In this document: positions 30,555 to 41,656 of the stretch, in pieces
Layout of the letters: each line of letters begins with the position of its first letter
Numbering within the stretch: position 1 is the stretch's first letter
NCBI GenBank assembly: GCA_003707115.1
Contig: PPNB01000031.1
Location: forward strand, 1 to 64,000
Direction of reading: 5' to 3'
DNA from: Tortispora ganteri
Lineage: Eukaryota
DNA: 64,000 bases
The notes under the pieces: generated by a model
What the model was told of the DNA's origin: nothing
Seen by the model: the letters and a program-made list of their open reading frames with translations, nothing else
Databases searched by the model: none
Made by a program: the position numbers and the translations under genes

Positions 30555-31232
30555 CTAAACGCTCTCAGTGACGAGCTTGTTCAGCTTAGCGATTTTGCTA
30601 GAAATAGACAAGTCAACCGTACGGTCGCCTACTTCGACAACAAGGCCGCCAAGAATGCTGGGATCGACTTTGTTCGAAACCTTGAGCTTTTTGCCCTCAC
30701 CGACAATAGATGACTTGGAAATAGCAGACTCTAAGCGGGACACAGTGCGGGAGTCCAAAGGCTGGGCCGAAGTGATGGTGGCAGACACTTGACCTTGAAA
30801 TGCGCGCATAAGCAGAGAAAATTTATCGGCGACTTGAGAGATGAGACCAAGACGATTGTTATCGGCGAGCACTTTAAGCAGGTTCGACGTGGTCTTGTCA
30901 GCTCCAATGGCCTTAGAGAGAATTTCAACAACAGCTTCCTTGTCTTTCACAGAGAGCGCCGGGTCGGCAAGGATACCTGGCAGTTTGGTGTCCTTAGCAA
31001 TTGTGCTCTGGAGAGTCTGCAGCGATTTCGCCACAGCATCCAATGACGAAGTTTTGGCAGCAGCAGTGAAAAGAGCGCTGGCGTAGGTGCCGTCAACACC
31101 ATAGAGCTGTACGGGGGGTTCAGTAGACTTAGGCGCAGACGCCATTGTCCTGGCCATAGGGCGAACAGTGGTGGCGCCGGCACGCGCACGAGAAATTACA
31201 GGCGCAACGCGGAAAATACTACGAGACAGCAT
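30555..31232 (-). CDS. ATP5: ATP synthase OSCP subunit
   Basis: ATG at 31232 with presequence; PPVQLYGVDGTYASAL, ILGGLVVEVGDRTVDLS. Confidence 0.97.
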   Translation of the reverse strand: MLSRSIFRVAPVISRARAGATTVRPMARTMASAPKSTEPPVQLYGVDGTYASALFTAAAKTSSLDAVAKSLQTLQSTIAKDTKLPGILADPALSVKDKEAVVEILSKAIGADKTTSNLLKVLADNNRLGLISQVADKFSLLMRAFQGQVSATITSAQPLDSRTVSRLESAISKSSIVGEGKKLKVSNKVDPSILGGLVVEVGDRTVDLSISSKIAKLNKLVTESV

Positions 31233-31475
31233 TGTTTCCTTTTGATCGAAAAGTGTGGCTAACGGAAGAAAATGTAAACGCACGGGGTCGCCGGGAAAGT
31301 ACGGACAAAGGTGTACCAGTGGGCCTGCTGGTTATTGAGCGGTTGCTAGGCGGCGGACCACTACGTTTTTTTGCGGATTTTTTTACTACTCCTTATTTAA
31401 TAGGGTAAAGGGTTAGAGATGATCTGTTAAAAAGATGGTTATTATAGTTGTAGATGATATTGAGCCCGCTGGTCG

Positions 31476-32126
31476 CTATTCGAGCATGTTTTCAACTAGC
31501 GAGGCGAGTGGACCATAGTCTTTCTTGTCAATGAGTTCAAATTCCTGCGCAAACAGCACATAATGTTTAAATGATGTGTTCAGCAGACTCTCTAGCCCTA
31601 GCTCCGTCATGACTTCTAGATGGTGGCAGTAGATGTGAGCGTACACTCTAAAGAGTCTCTTGAATGTAGTTTTGATTAACGGCACAAAGTTCTTCGGGAA
31701 TGGTACACCAATACGAACAGGGAATATCTGCTCGTTATCGAAATTCGACTGCACCCACGCCATTAGCAGCTCAATGTACTCCGGTGCCGACACAGATACA
31801 GGCCGTCTGAATTTCTCGGGGTCTTGCCACAAGTACTCATATGCGTCCGTCGCTTTCATTACGGGACATGTCTTTGGCGAGCAAAACTCAGTCACAACAC
31901 CGTACAGCATGTTGATTTGATTGTAAAAATCTACTGTGTTCACTGCGAGCCATTCGCTAAGATCTTCGCCTTCAGGCAGCTGCACGATCTTCTTCAACGA
32001 ATCGGCTCCCAGAGTAGCCTCCGCATACTGCCGTAATTGGTACTGTGTCGATGCGCCTTCATGTGCTCGACGCGATCTTAATGTCTGAGTGTTCTTGCCG
32101 CTACTTAGCCCGTGAAGAAATGACAT
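31476..32126 (-). CDS. MOB1: Mob1 kinase activator
   Basis: ATG at 32126; [40 protein letters not shown]. Confidence 0.94.
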   Translation of the reverse strand: MSFLHGLSSGKNTQTLRSRRAHEGASTQYQLRQYAEATLGADSLKKIVQLPEGEDLSEWLAVNTVDFYNQINMLYGVVTEFCSPKTCPVMKATDAYEYLWQDPEKFRRPVSVSAPEYIELLMAWVQSNFDNEQIFPVRIGVPFPKNFVPLIKTTFKRLFRVYAHIYCHHLEVMTELGLESLLNTSFKHYVLFAQEFELIDKKDYGPLASLVENMLE

Positions 32127-32383
32127 TCTTCCTGTTCGACAGTAGTATGTAAACAACTGTGCCCTGTCGTCGTTTGGGCTAACTTTATCTTGAAAGTTAC
32201 CCGGCCGCCACATCTCTCTCCTGAACCATGCTGTCACACAACCGTTCCCACCTGCCACACCTTCACACTAGTCGAAAAAGTTGTTTACTGCCCACTCCAT
32301 CTGCCCTTCTGGTGCCCCTATCTGCCGTCAGCTTCTTGTATTTGCTTCTGAATACGATTTAAATCCGGAAACTTCTCGCAAAA

Positions 32384-35023
32384 ATGAGCTCGTCTGTAGC
32401 CCGGAACCCGCATCCTGACGCCAACGGCTATAACATCAATCCCCAGCAGAGACCAGCCCAGGAAACTGCAAATCCTCATCCACAGCCTGAACCTAATGCG
32501 CTGCAAACTTGGTCCGCACTCGTCGAACAGACAATGATAGCTTTGGGCGAATTGGCGGAATTGATGCAGGAATATGACATCGCAATCAGATCTTATGATA
32601 CCGCTCTATCCAAGAATCCCTACTCCATCCCCGCCATGCTCGGCGTAGCAAACTGCTACAGGGTCAAGGAAATGTTCACGCAAGCAGCTGAACATTACCA
32701 AAATGTAGTACAGCTGCAGCCGGAAAACGGTGAGTTTTGGGCTCTTCTGGGCCACTGCTACCTCATGCTCGATGATCTTAACCAGGCTTACGGCGCATAC
32801 CAGCAAGCGCTCTACCACTTGCGTGACCCGAAAGATCCTAAGCTCTGGTACGGTATAGGTATATTGTACGAACGATTTGGTTCACTTGAATACGCTGAAG
32901 ATGCTTTCTCCCAAGTCCTGGAAATGGACCCGTCTTTTGACAAGGCTAACGAAATCTATTTCCGTCTTGGAATCCTCTACAAACAACAATACAAGTACCA
33001 TCAGAGTCTTGAATGCTTCAAGTATATCCTGCATAATGCACCGAAGCCATTGACAGAGATAGATATCTGGTTCCAAATTGGCCACGTATATGAACAACAA
33101 CATTACTTTCAAGCTGCTAAAGAATCCTATGAGCGTGTCCTTGCTGAAGACCCAAAACATGCTAAAGTTCTACAACAACTTGGGTGGCTCTACCATCAAC
33201 AGAATACTTCATTCACCAACCAGGACACAGCTATAAAGTATTTGCACGAGTCTTTGGAAGTAGACGATCAGGATGCCCAGTCATGGTATCTCCTCGGTCG
33301 ATGCTACATGGCTAAGCAAAACTACTCAAAGGCGTACGAAGCCTACCAGCACGCCGTATTTAAGGAAGGCAAAAATCCCACCTTTTGGTGCTCTATCGGA
33401 GTCTTATACTATCAAATCAATCAATACAGAGACGCGCTCGATGCGTACTCTCGAGCTATTCGTCTGAACCCTTATATTTCTGAAATCTGGTACGACCTTG
33501 GAACGCTATACGAAAGCTGCAATAATCAAGTCACAGATGCTTTGGACGCTTATCAGCGTGCAGCCGAGCTTGATCCTAAGAACCCTCATATCCAATCTCG
33601 CCTTAACAAATTGAGGGCTCAGCAGGAGCAAGCAAATAACCCGATGAATGCTGGCCCAACAAGCGCCCCCGAAGGCAGTAGTGGTCTGGCGACTTTACCT
33701 GGTGATGCCGACTCTACTGCCAAACTTACTGACCCCACCGTTGGTATCGATACTCTTGAACCCTCTGCGACAGGTGAAAAACGCCTGGAACATCTGGATA
33801 CGCAACAGACGGGGTACAGGCCTTGGGAAAATGCATCTATGCAAAGAACACCTTCAGGGCTACCTACCGGTCCAGTTCAACTCCAAGAACATATGTCATC
33901 GACATATCCTTCTGCAAACTTAGCAGCGCCAGGACAAGCACCACCTCCTATGAAAACCTCCTATTTACCTGAATCTGCACCTCAGCACAGCGATTCGGAG
34001 AATCCTCATGAGTTGACAGCTGATAGCCAAACTGCTCTTGCTGCTCCAACTGGGTTGCCAGCTTCTTTACCTACATTTGGACGGGATAGCAGACCTGCAC
34101 AGTCACAAAAAATATCTGCTAATGATCAAAGCTCAGGAGGTGATGCTACTCTTCCGCCTATTCAACATGAAACTGCTGTTTCTCAACCCTTACCGTCTCT
34201 TTATGCAAACAAAGCAGAAGGTATCCATTTGGAACCTACGACTGCGACAGAGTCTGTGCTACCACAACCGCCGACTCCTGGGTCTGCTGCTTTGCCTGTA
34301 AACGAGTCTCGCATGCCAAGTCATACAGAGCTACCAGGAACTCTTAAGTCCGATAGTTCGGAAACCAACGCTACATCTATAGCCTCCTCTGAAGAAGCTG
34401 TGGCGGGTGCACTAGGCCAAACTACACGTGATGAACCTGCAAAAAGTACCGTTAAACCTGTTCCTATTGTTGGCAAAACAGATGGCAATACCTCTGTGGA
34501 CGTCAATGTCGGCACGAAGAGGTCATTAGGCGATCTAACAGAGCCACACAGTAAACGGTCAGCGACTTCAGCGACCAGATCTGAGATTGACTGGAGTAGC
34601 CGTGGAATTCGCAGAGTTGTTGACGAGGACAATGACTACGATGAGGAAGAGGAAGAGGAGGAAGAAAAGAAGGAGGAAGAAAAGAAGGAGGAAGAAAAAG
34701 ATTTGGAAGTGGAAGGAGAAGAAAAAGAGAAAGAGAAAAAGGACAAGTCAGTGGTAACGAAAGAAAAAGACGAAGCAGGGGATAATACAAAGGATATTAC
34801 TGGGGACTTAGCTGGAAGAGATTTGGTGCCAACGGAAGTGGCGGCTGACGTGGTATCCAGTGCGCCTGGAGATGAAATTGCTGCTGGGACCGTAACTGAT
34901 ACGAATCCAGAAACCGTTATGTCAAGCACTAATGAAGCTACGCCTATATATGACTCAGCGCGAGCTTCTGAAAAGCCGGCGGTCACAGAGTCCTCAGATG
35001 AGTCACATGCGAATGCAGCCTAA
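32384..35023 (+). CDS. CYC8: General corepressor Cyc8/Ssn6 (TPR)
   Basis: Tandem TPRs (AYQQALYHL, PKLWYGIGILY, NPTFWCSIGVLY, WYDLGTLYESC) followed by a low-complexity tail. Confidence 0.96.
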   Translation: MSSSVARNPHPDANGYNINPQQRPAQETANPHPQPEPNALQTWSALVEQTMIALGELAELMQEYDIAIRSYDTALSKNPYSIPAMLGVANCYRVKEMFTQAAEHYQNVVQLQPENGEFWALLGHCYLMLDDLNQAYGAYQQALYHLRDPKDPKLWYGIGILYERFGSLEYAEDAFSQVLEMDPSFDKANEIYFRLGILYKQQYKYHQSLECFKYILHNAPKPLTEIDIWFQIGHVYEQQHYFQAAKESYERVLAEDPKHAKVLQQLGWLYHQQNTSFTNQDTAIKYLHESLEVDDQDAQSWYLLGRCYMAKQNYSKAYEAYQHAVFKEGKNPTFWCSIGVLYYQINQYRDALDAYSRAIRLNPYISEIWYDLGTLYESCNNQVTDALDAYQRAAELDPKNPHIQSRLNKLRAQQEQANNPMNAGPTSAPEGSSGLATLPGDADSTAKLTDPTVGIDTLEPSATGEKRLEHLDTQQTGYRPWENASMQRTPSGLPTGPVQLQEHMSSTYPSANLAAPGQAPPPMKTSYLPESAPQHSDSENPHELTADSQTALAAPTGLPASLPTFGRDSRPAQSQKISANDQSSGGDATLPPIQHETAVSQPLPSLYANKAEGIHLEPTTATESVLPQPPTPGSAALPVNESRMPSHTELPGTLKSDSSETNATSIASSEEAVAGALGQTTRDEPAKSTVKPVPIVGKTDGNTSVDVNVGTKRSLGDLTEPHSKRSATSATRSEIDWSSRGIRRVVDEDNDYDEEEEEEEEKKEEEKKEEEKDLEVEGEEKEKEKKDKSVVTKEKDEAGDNTKDITGDLAGRDLVPTEVAADVVSSAPGDEIAAGTVTDTNPETVMSSTNEATPIYDSARASEKPAVTESSDESHANAA
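34640..34742 (+). repeat. Purine-rich (GAA/GAG/AAG) low-complexity tract encoding an E/K run in Cyc8
   Basis: GAGGAAGAGGAAGAGGAGGAAGAAAAGAAGGAGGAAGAAAAGAAGGAGGAAGAA. Confidence 0.8.
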
Positions 35024-35621
35024 TTTGCGAGAATGTATTATTTATTTATTTAGCAGAAAGGTGTAGAGCTGTTACCAGGTAGAAAGGTCTGAAGAATGTT
35101 GGTGCATCAAAAGTAAATAAGGTTTCGGGTAACAGGCTCAGCCAATCAGGGATAACAACTAGAGTAAAAACACTATTGGATGTATACGCAACACCGGAGG
35201 GCGAAGCAGCAGACATGACTATGGGACAAAATCGAAGCCTAGCGAGTGGTTGATGCATATATGTATTTGATAGATCAGGTGATAAGCATTGTGTGGATGT
35301 TAGGGACGGCAGATGCAATGTATAAGAGACCGAGCGGCCAAGAATGACCAACTATGCAACAATGCCAAGACTTATTAGGGTAGAAAGAAGACCATCGGCT
35401 GACAGACCTTTCTCAAGCTTTTCCTTTTGCACAACCCAGGTGGAGAAAAGGCCTGCACTTTATTGTTTTCCTTTAAAATTGACGCGAGTGCGGAACATAA
35501 TACGGTTGGTTCTGCAAAACTCGTATTCTTTTATTCTGCTGGCATTCTCCTTGCTTACAGTTGATAGGTTCTACGTAGCCCGTGGCGCTCCCCATTTGCG
35601 CTAAAGGGGCGACATTTTAGC

Positions 35622-36281
<660 letters not shown>

Positions 36282-36430
36282 TCAGCGTGCATACTAAAAT
36301 TTATTACCTATATGACTCTTTCCATAACACGTATAACATTCATAATAAATAAATAAATAGGACAACCTGTAAGAAAAATAATAAAGCTTATACACGTAAA
36401 AAAGTTAACCGGTTCAAGTCCCATGTGGAT

Positions 36431-38800
36431 CTAAAATGCGTAGTTTCCTCGATTGTACGGCGTTCCGTGCTGTATGTTGCCCTGGTTGTAGCCGTAATTG
36501 TAGTTGTAATTGCTCGCATACTGCTGCGGTGCACCAGGATAGTTCATGGTATTGTTGTATGCAGGTGGAGGCACTTGCGGTAAGCCGCTAAAATTAGACA
36601 TTTCGTATGGACCTGTAGACAAAGCGTTTCCTCGTCCACGAGTTGGTGGAACTGACATATTCTTTGGCACCTGCGATGCACGGCGCGTTTTCCAAAAACA
36701 TGATGCGACCAGCAAGATGAGAAACACACCGCCTATAGCTGCTAGAGCAATAAGCCACGCCTTGTTGTTGTTGAAGAAATCAGAGCTACTCAGACTATTT
36801 CCTCCGCCAATACACCTGCCGGACCTGCATTTGCCAGAACCACCGCACACAGTGCCATCAAGGAAGTTCTGGTTCAGGTTGACACACACATTACTACCGC
36901 GGTAGTAGGAGTAGCAGGTAATGACGCAAGAATAGTCGTCACAAGCGTCCGAAGATGAAAGGTTAATATTTGCTGCAATTATAGACCGGCATTGAGCATT
37001 GCGCGACGTACACTGTCCGGAGGCGCAGCGATATTTATCGTCTGAGGGTTCTGTGGAATCGGGCGTACATTCCTGGCCGTCAGGCAGCGTCTCGTCGCTC
37101 GGGCACGCTGCTGCGTTTCCTGGGCAGTACTCTGCCGGATCACATGGGCCCGCACTTGACCTGCAGATAGTAGTGTTAGATGCAAACTGGCAGTTCGTGC
37201 AGCATGTGTCGTTAGTGTCGTCGCAGACGGCGCCATCCTTGAACTTGCAGGTTGCTGAGTCACAGCACGGGTTCGCAGCGCAGCTTTCGTCGTCGCCACA
37301 GTCGCACTCTTCTCCGACTTCAACAATTCCGTTGCCGCAGACAGCGTCTGATTCTAGCTCGACTTGTTTATTGAATATTAGGCACGAAGAATTCACCGAG
37401 TTTCTGCCAAGACTGCTGCAGACGTTGCCGACAGTACACTGAGAGAACACTATCTCCGTAGAAGAGGTTGCGGGGTTCATTATGTACTGGCCATTAGCAT
37501 TACAGACTGATTCAGATAAGGGACAACACTGAGATGAGTATTCAAGGTTTTGGGCACAGGTGTCTGCGGTGCAGTCGTGGACGGCGCCAAAAGTGTGTCC
37601 AATTTCGTGAGCGATGACTTGCCATTCGCTGTTTGTTCTGGATACAACGTTACAGCCAGACACGTTGCTCGATCCTTCGGATGCAGATCGACAGAGCATA
37701 CCTAGCCATGAAAGGCCGACACTGGAATCAGTTGTGCAAGTAGTCATGAGCGTCCATACGGCTAAGCCGTCTCCAGAGCGTTCAGTGCGCCAGGTGCCAA
37801 AATCGCTCAGACGGTCAGAAAGAGTTAAACCATTTGCACATGCCTGGTTCCATCTTGCATTTGCGGGCGGTTCTGAAGGACATGATGCATTTGATATTAC
37901 GATGGATTTCAGCCCTAAGGCTATATTGAAGGCGTTTTCGTAAGGTGTAGAGGCGGAATTGATAAGAGAAACAACATGCGATCGTATGGCATCAGGGTCA
38001 TTATTGAAAGCTGAAGCGTAGTTGCAGTCGGTGACCACACCAACAAGAGCGATTTTACGAGCAGATGGGCAACCGGACGTATCGCCTATGACACTAGTAA
38101 GGTTTACGCCACCACTGTAACCTGAAGTAGTGTCATTTGTAATAGACTGGCGCTTATCAAAGCGCGAAGGGACGTTTATAGGGTCGAATGGCGATACGAT
38201 TTCTGCGTCGTAGAGGAGTGTGTCAGGTGACTGCGGTTCGAACAGTCTGTCTGCGTCTGACCAGACGAGCAGGTCGTCGTCTGCATATTTTAGCGAGGTC
38301 AGAGGCAAGTCATGAACCGATTTTTTTGGTGCAATTGTGTACTGGATACCGTATGCGGAGAACGAGCCTTGTATGGAAGGCCGTGAGCCGTCTTTGTGTA
38401 CAGTGATACGGGTCCAGCCGACGCGGTGGTAGCCTGTTTGGGGTTCCTTTGCGAAGACAACACCTTTGAAAGTTTTGAGGGACATAGGATTTATTTTCTG
38501 CGTAACTATGGAGCCATCGTCATTAAGGATTTCTACATCGATCGGTTGCGTAATGATTGCGCTTGGTTCAAGGGCGAGTTTGAGAGTTGTGTTTTGTCCG
38601 GCTAGTGGGAAACGCAATAGCAGGTCGAAATTCTGGTTCGCTCTGACAAGATGCCTTGGTTTCAAGATAGTTATATCGCTGTGATCGATTTTATCTGTGC
38701 GTCTGAGTGGCGGTTTCTGAAATGAATAAGTCGCTACAAGAGGACATTGCAGTATCAGAACGATCAAAAGAAATATAGAGGTATGAGCGTGGACAAACAT
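36431..38800 (-). CDS. ADAM-family metalloprotease-disintegrin (fungal ADM-B/Mde10-like)
   Basis: Signal peptide, DKR site, HEIGHTFGAVHD zinc motif, Met-turn YIMNP, disintegrin CGNGIVEVGEECDCG, Cys-rich region, TM helix, cytoplasmic tail. Confidence 0.93.
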   Translation of the reverse strand: MFVHAHTSIFLLIVLILQCPLVATYSFQKPPLRRTDKIDHSDITILKPRHLVRANQNFDLLLRFPLAGQNTTLKLALEPSAIITQPIDVEILNDDGSIVTQKINPMSLKTFKGVVFAKEPQTGYHRVGWTRITVHKDGSRPSIQGSFSAYGIQYTIAPKKSVHDLPLTSLKYADDDLLVWSDADRLFEPQSPDTLLYDAEIVSPFDPINVPSRFDKRQSITNDTTSGYSGGVNLTSVIGDTSGCPSARKIALVGVVTDCNYASAFNNDPDAIRSHVVSLINSASTPYENAFNIALGLKSIVISNASCPSEPPANARWNQACANGLTLSDRLSDFGTWRTERSGDGLAVWTLMTTCTTDSSVGLSWLGMLCRSASEGSSNVSGCNVVSRTNSEWQVIAHEIGHTFGAVHDCTADTCAQNLEYSSQCCPLSESVCNANGQYIMNPATSSTEIVFSQCTVGNVCSSLGRNSVNSSCLIFNKQVELESDAVCGNGIVEVGEECDCGDDESCAANPCCDSATCKFKDGAVCDDTNDTCCTNCQFASNTTICRSSAGPCDPAEYCPGNAAACPSDETLPDGQECTPDSTEPSDDKYRCASGQCTSRNAQCRSIIAANINLSSSDACDDYSCVITCYSYYRGSNVCVNLNQNFLDGTVCGGSGKCRSGRCIGGGNSLSSSDFFNNNKAWLIALAAIGGVFLILLVASCFWKTRRASQVPKNMSVPPTRGRGNALSTGPYEMSNFSGLPQVPPPAYNNTMNYPGAPQQYASNYNYNYGYNQGNIQHGTPYNRGNYAF

Positions 38801-39358
38801 TGTAGTATACTATGCGGCGTCTAAATGGCCAGTCGGAATGCGACTAGTCAAAGAGACAATAGAAGCAAATACCTATAAATTAGGAAGTCTTTATTCAAGT
38901 TTTTCCTATTTGGAGATGTTGAAGAGTGAGAGTCCTTTCGTGGGTGTCAAAAGTTGCAGTTGAATTAAACTTTAGGCACACATCTAAGGACAAAACTTTA
39001 TCTGATTTTTTTGTCAGCATTACGGCATGCTTAAAGGCGGTGATTTGAGAATAAAATGATTAATAAAGCTATTATAAGTAAAAAAAATTGAATGAATGTA
39101 ATATATGAATTTGAATAAAATAATAATTAGAAATTACTTGCAGTTGATGTAGTTTCTGCTAATTCATATTATTAATTACGAACTCTGTTGAGTTACGCCT
39201 CTTTCGCTAATAGGTGGTGCAACAGCTAAGCCGCAATATGCTAAAGTCCATAATATAACTTATATGCATGCGACATTATAAGGATTACGTAATATAACAA
39301 CAAGAAATCCAATTATGTGAATTAACTATTAATGACAAAAAGTTTTTGTTAATTCAAT

Positions 39359-41341
39359 TTAACGCAGAGCCTTAACTGTCTCGATCACTTGTGTAACTGC
39401 CGTCGGATTAGATAACGTCGACATATCACCAAGTTGGTCTTCTTCGCCTGATAGAACTTTTCTTAGAATACGGCGCATAATTTTGCCAGACCGCGTCTTA
39501 GGTAGATCATTCACTAAAATAACAGTCTTTGGTGCAGCAAACGGACCAATTAGTTTACGCACATGCAAAATCAATTGCTTTTTAATGTCAATATCCTTAG
39601 GCTCACCGTCTTTTAGTGTCACAAACGCATTCACAGACTGACCTGTCAGATCATCTGGTGTACCCACAACAGCAGACTCAGCGACATCTGGGTGTTGTGC
39701 AAGCGCAGATTCGATCTCCGCAGTCGAAAGACGGTGACCACTGACGTTCACCACATCATCTACTCGACCACGAATCCAGTAATACCCATCGTGGTCGCGC
39801 GCTGCTCCGTCTCCTGTAAAGTAGAACCCTGGATACGGCTTCAGGTACGTGTCCATGAATCTATTGTGCGACCGCCACACCGTGCGAGCCATTGATGGCC
39901 AAGGCTTGCGGATCGCCAACACGCCTTCCACGTCATTACCCTCTATCTCCTTGCCGCTAATCGGGTCGATCAGAACAGGTTCAATGCCGAAAAAAGGCAG
40001 ACATGCACTGCCCGGTTTAGTAGGCGTCACTCCGCTCAACGGAGCGATAATGTGCGAACCTGTCTCGGTCTGCCAGTACGTGTCCACAACGTGCGCCACG
40101 TTTTTTCCAACCTTCGAATAGTACCAATCCCACACGTCAGGTGAAATTGGCTCGCCAACAGAGCCTAAGGTGCGTACACTCGACAAGTCGTGGTTGACAA
40201 ACTGATCACCAGCGCGCTTAAGTAGTCTCAGTGCAGTAGGCGCAACATAGAACTGCGTCACACTATACTTGTCAATGATATCCCAGTAGCGAGAAAATGT
40301 AGGGTACGCAGGGGTACCTTCAAACACCACCGTCGTCACGCCAAGGAGCAGTGGTGCGTAGAATACATATGTGTGTCCTGTAATCCAGCCCACATCGCCG
40401 GCAGTAAACAAAATGTCGTCATCGTGGATATCGAACACGTACTTACCGGTAGCTGCGGCACCGACAAGGTATCCACCGGTGACATGCATCACGCCTTTAG
40501 GTGAGCCGGTCGATCCCGAAGTGTATAGCAAAAAAAGAGGGTCTTCAGCTCCCATAGGAACTGGCGGGATGTATGGACGGAACTTCGCTGCCTCTTCGTG
40601 CCACCATTTATCGCGACCGGCAGTCCAAGGGATCTCGTTACCAGTGCGCTTGAATACGAGGACGTGTTCAATAGAGGGAACGTCTACGAGAGCCTCGTCG
40701 ACAATGCGTTTAGTACCAATTGTTTTGCCGCCTCGACGGCCTTCATCGGTGGTGATGACGACTTTTGCTTCCGCGTCGATCACACGGTCCTTGAGCGAAC
40801 CTGACGAAAAACCAGCAAAAATGACCGTGTGGATAGCACCTATACGGATAATAGCTAGCAGCGCAATGAGCGCTTCGGGAATCATAGGCATATATACAGC
40901 AACAGTGTCGCCCTTCTTGACGCCAAAGGATACAAGCGTGTTAGCGATACGGCAGACTTCGCGGAGAAGCTCACCGTATGTGATCTTGCGGGAGTCGGTC
41001 TCGTCGTCAGCCTCGTAGATAACAGCCACTTTATCGGGATTCTTATGTGCGTGGCGATCGACGGCATTGTAGCAGGCGTTTAGTCTGCCTTCAGGGAAAA
41101 ATGCAATATCGCCGTGTAGGAAATCGCCGTGCGATACTGTTTCAAAGTCTCTGTCCCAGTGGAGTAGGTCGCGAGCAGTACGTGCCCAGAAAGCGTCAGC
41201 ATTGCAAATGCTCTCATTATAATCCTTGAGATAATGTTCTAAGCTAGAAATGTGCGGTTGTTTCGGGTGTTTATCGAAATAGTCTGCAGTTGGATGCACG
41301 GTTGCTACATTGGTAGCTTCATGAACTACAGAATGCGTCAT
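39359..41341 (-). CDS. ACS2: Acetyl-CoA synthetase (Acs2/FacA-like)
   Basis: [37 protein letters not shown]; short N-terminus (VVHEA) resembles Acs2/FacA, paralogue assignment tentative. Confidence 0.92.
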   Translation of the reverse strand: MTHSVVHEATNVATVHPTADYFDKHPKQPHISSLEHYLKDYNESICNADAFWARTARDLLHWDRDFETVSHGDFLHGDIAFFPEGRLNACYNAVDRHAHKNPDKVAVIYEADDETDSRKITYGELLREVCRIANTLVSFGVKKGDTVAVYMPMIPEALIALLAIIRIGAIHTVIFAGFSSGSLKDRVIDAEAKVVITTDEGRRGGKTIGTKRIVDEALVDVPSIEHVLVFKRTGNEIPWTAGRDKWWHEEAAKFRPYIPPVPMGAEDPLFLLYTSGSTGSPKGVMHVTGGYLVGAAATGKYVFDIHDDDILFTAGDVGWITGHTYVFYAPLLLGVTTVVFEGTPAYPTFSRYWDIIDKYSVTQFYVAPTALRLLKRAGDQFVNHDLSSVRTLGSVGEPISPDVWDWYYSKVGKNVAHVVDTYWQTETGSHIIAPLSGVTPTKPGSACLPFFGIEPVLIDPISGKEIEGNDVEGVLAIRKPWPSMARTVWRSHNRFMDTYLKPYPGFYFTGDGAARDHDGYYWIRGRVDDVVNVSGHRLSTAEIESALAQHPDVAESAVVGTPDDLTGQSVNAFVTLKDGEPKDIDIKKQLILHVRKLIGPFAAPKTVILVNDLPKTRSGKIMRRILRKVLSGEEDQLGDMSTLSNPTAVTQVIETVKALR

Positions 41342-41351
41342 ATGGACTTGA

Positions 41352-41656
41352 CTGATGCGGTTAGTTTTGTTTCTTTGTTATAAGGGAAGCGAAGTGCGAA
41401 TCGAACAAACAAAATGAGCGTTTGTAATTGAATTGGGACGCACTTTACTGTGAAGTGGGCAAGTGAAGTAAAAAAAAAGAAAAAAATTCAAAGACTGTGC
41501 GCGAGTGCAAACGCAATAACCGTTCGTCTGCGCAAAAAATTGCTGTTGGGGTAAAGTCCGTAAAAGGCCCATTTGAAAGGTAAAATAAAGTACTCAAGAG
41601 AGATAGCGTATAACGCCATTATATTGTCCACTTGCGTAAATACTAGAATAACTTAC
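41352..41656 (-). other. Probable 5'-UTR intron of the ACS gene (305 nt)
   Basis: Minus strand GTAAGT at 41656; ACTAAC branch point at 41365-41360; CAG ending 41352, 10 nt before the ATG; TATATAAA at 41762-41755 upstream. Confidence 0.6.
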
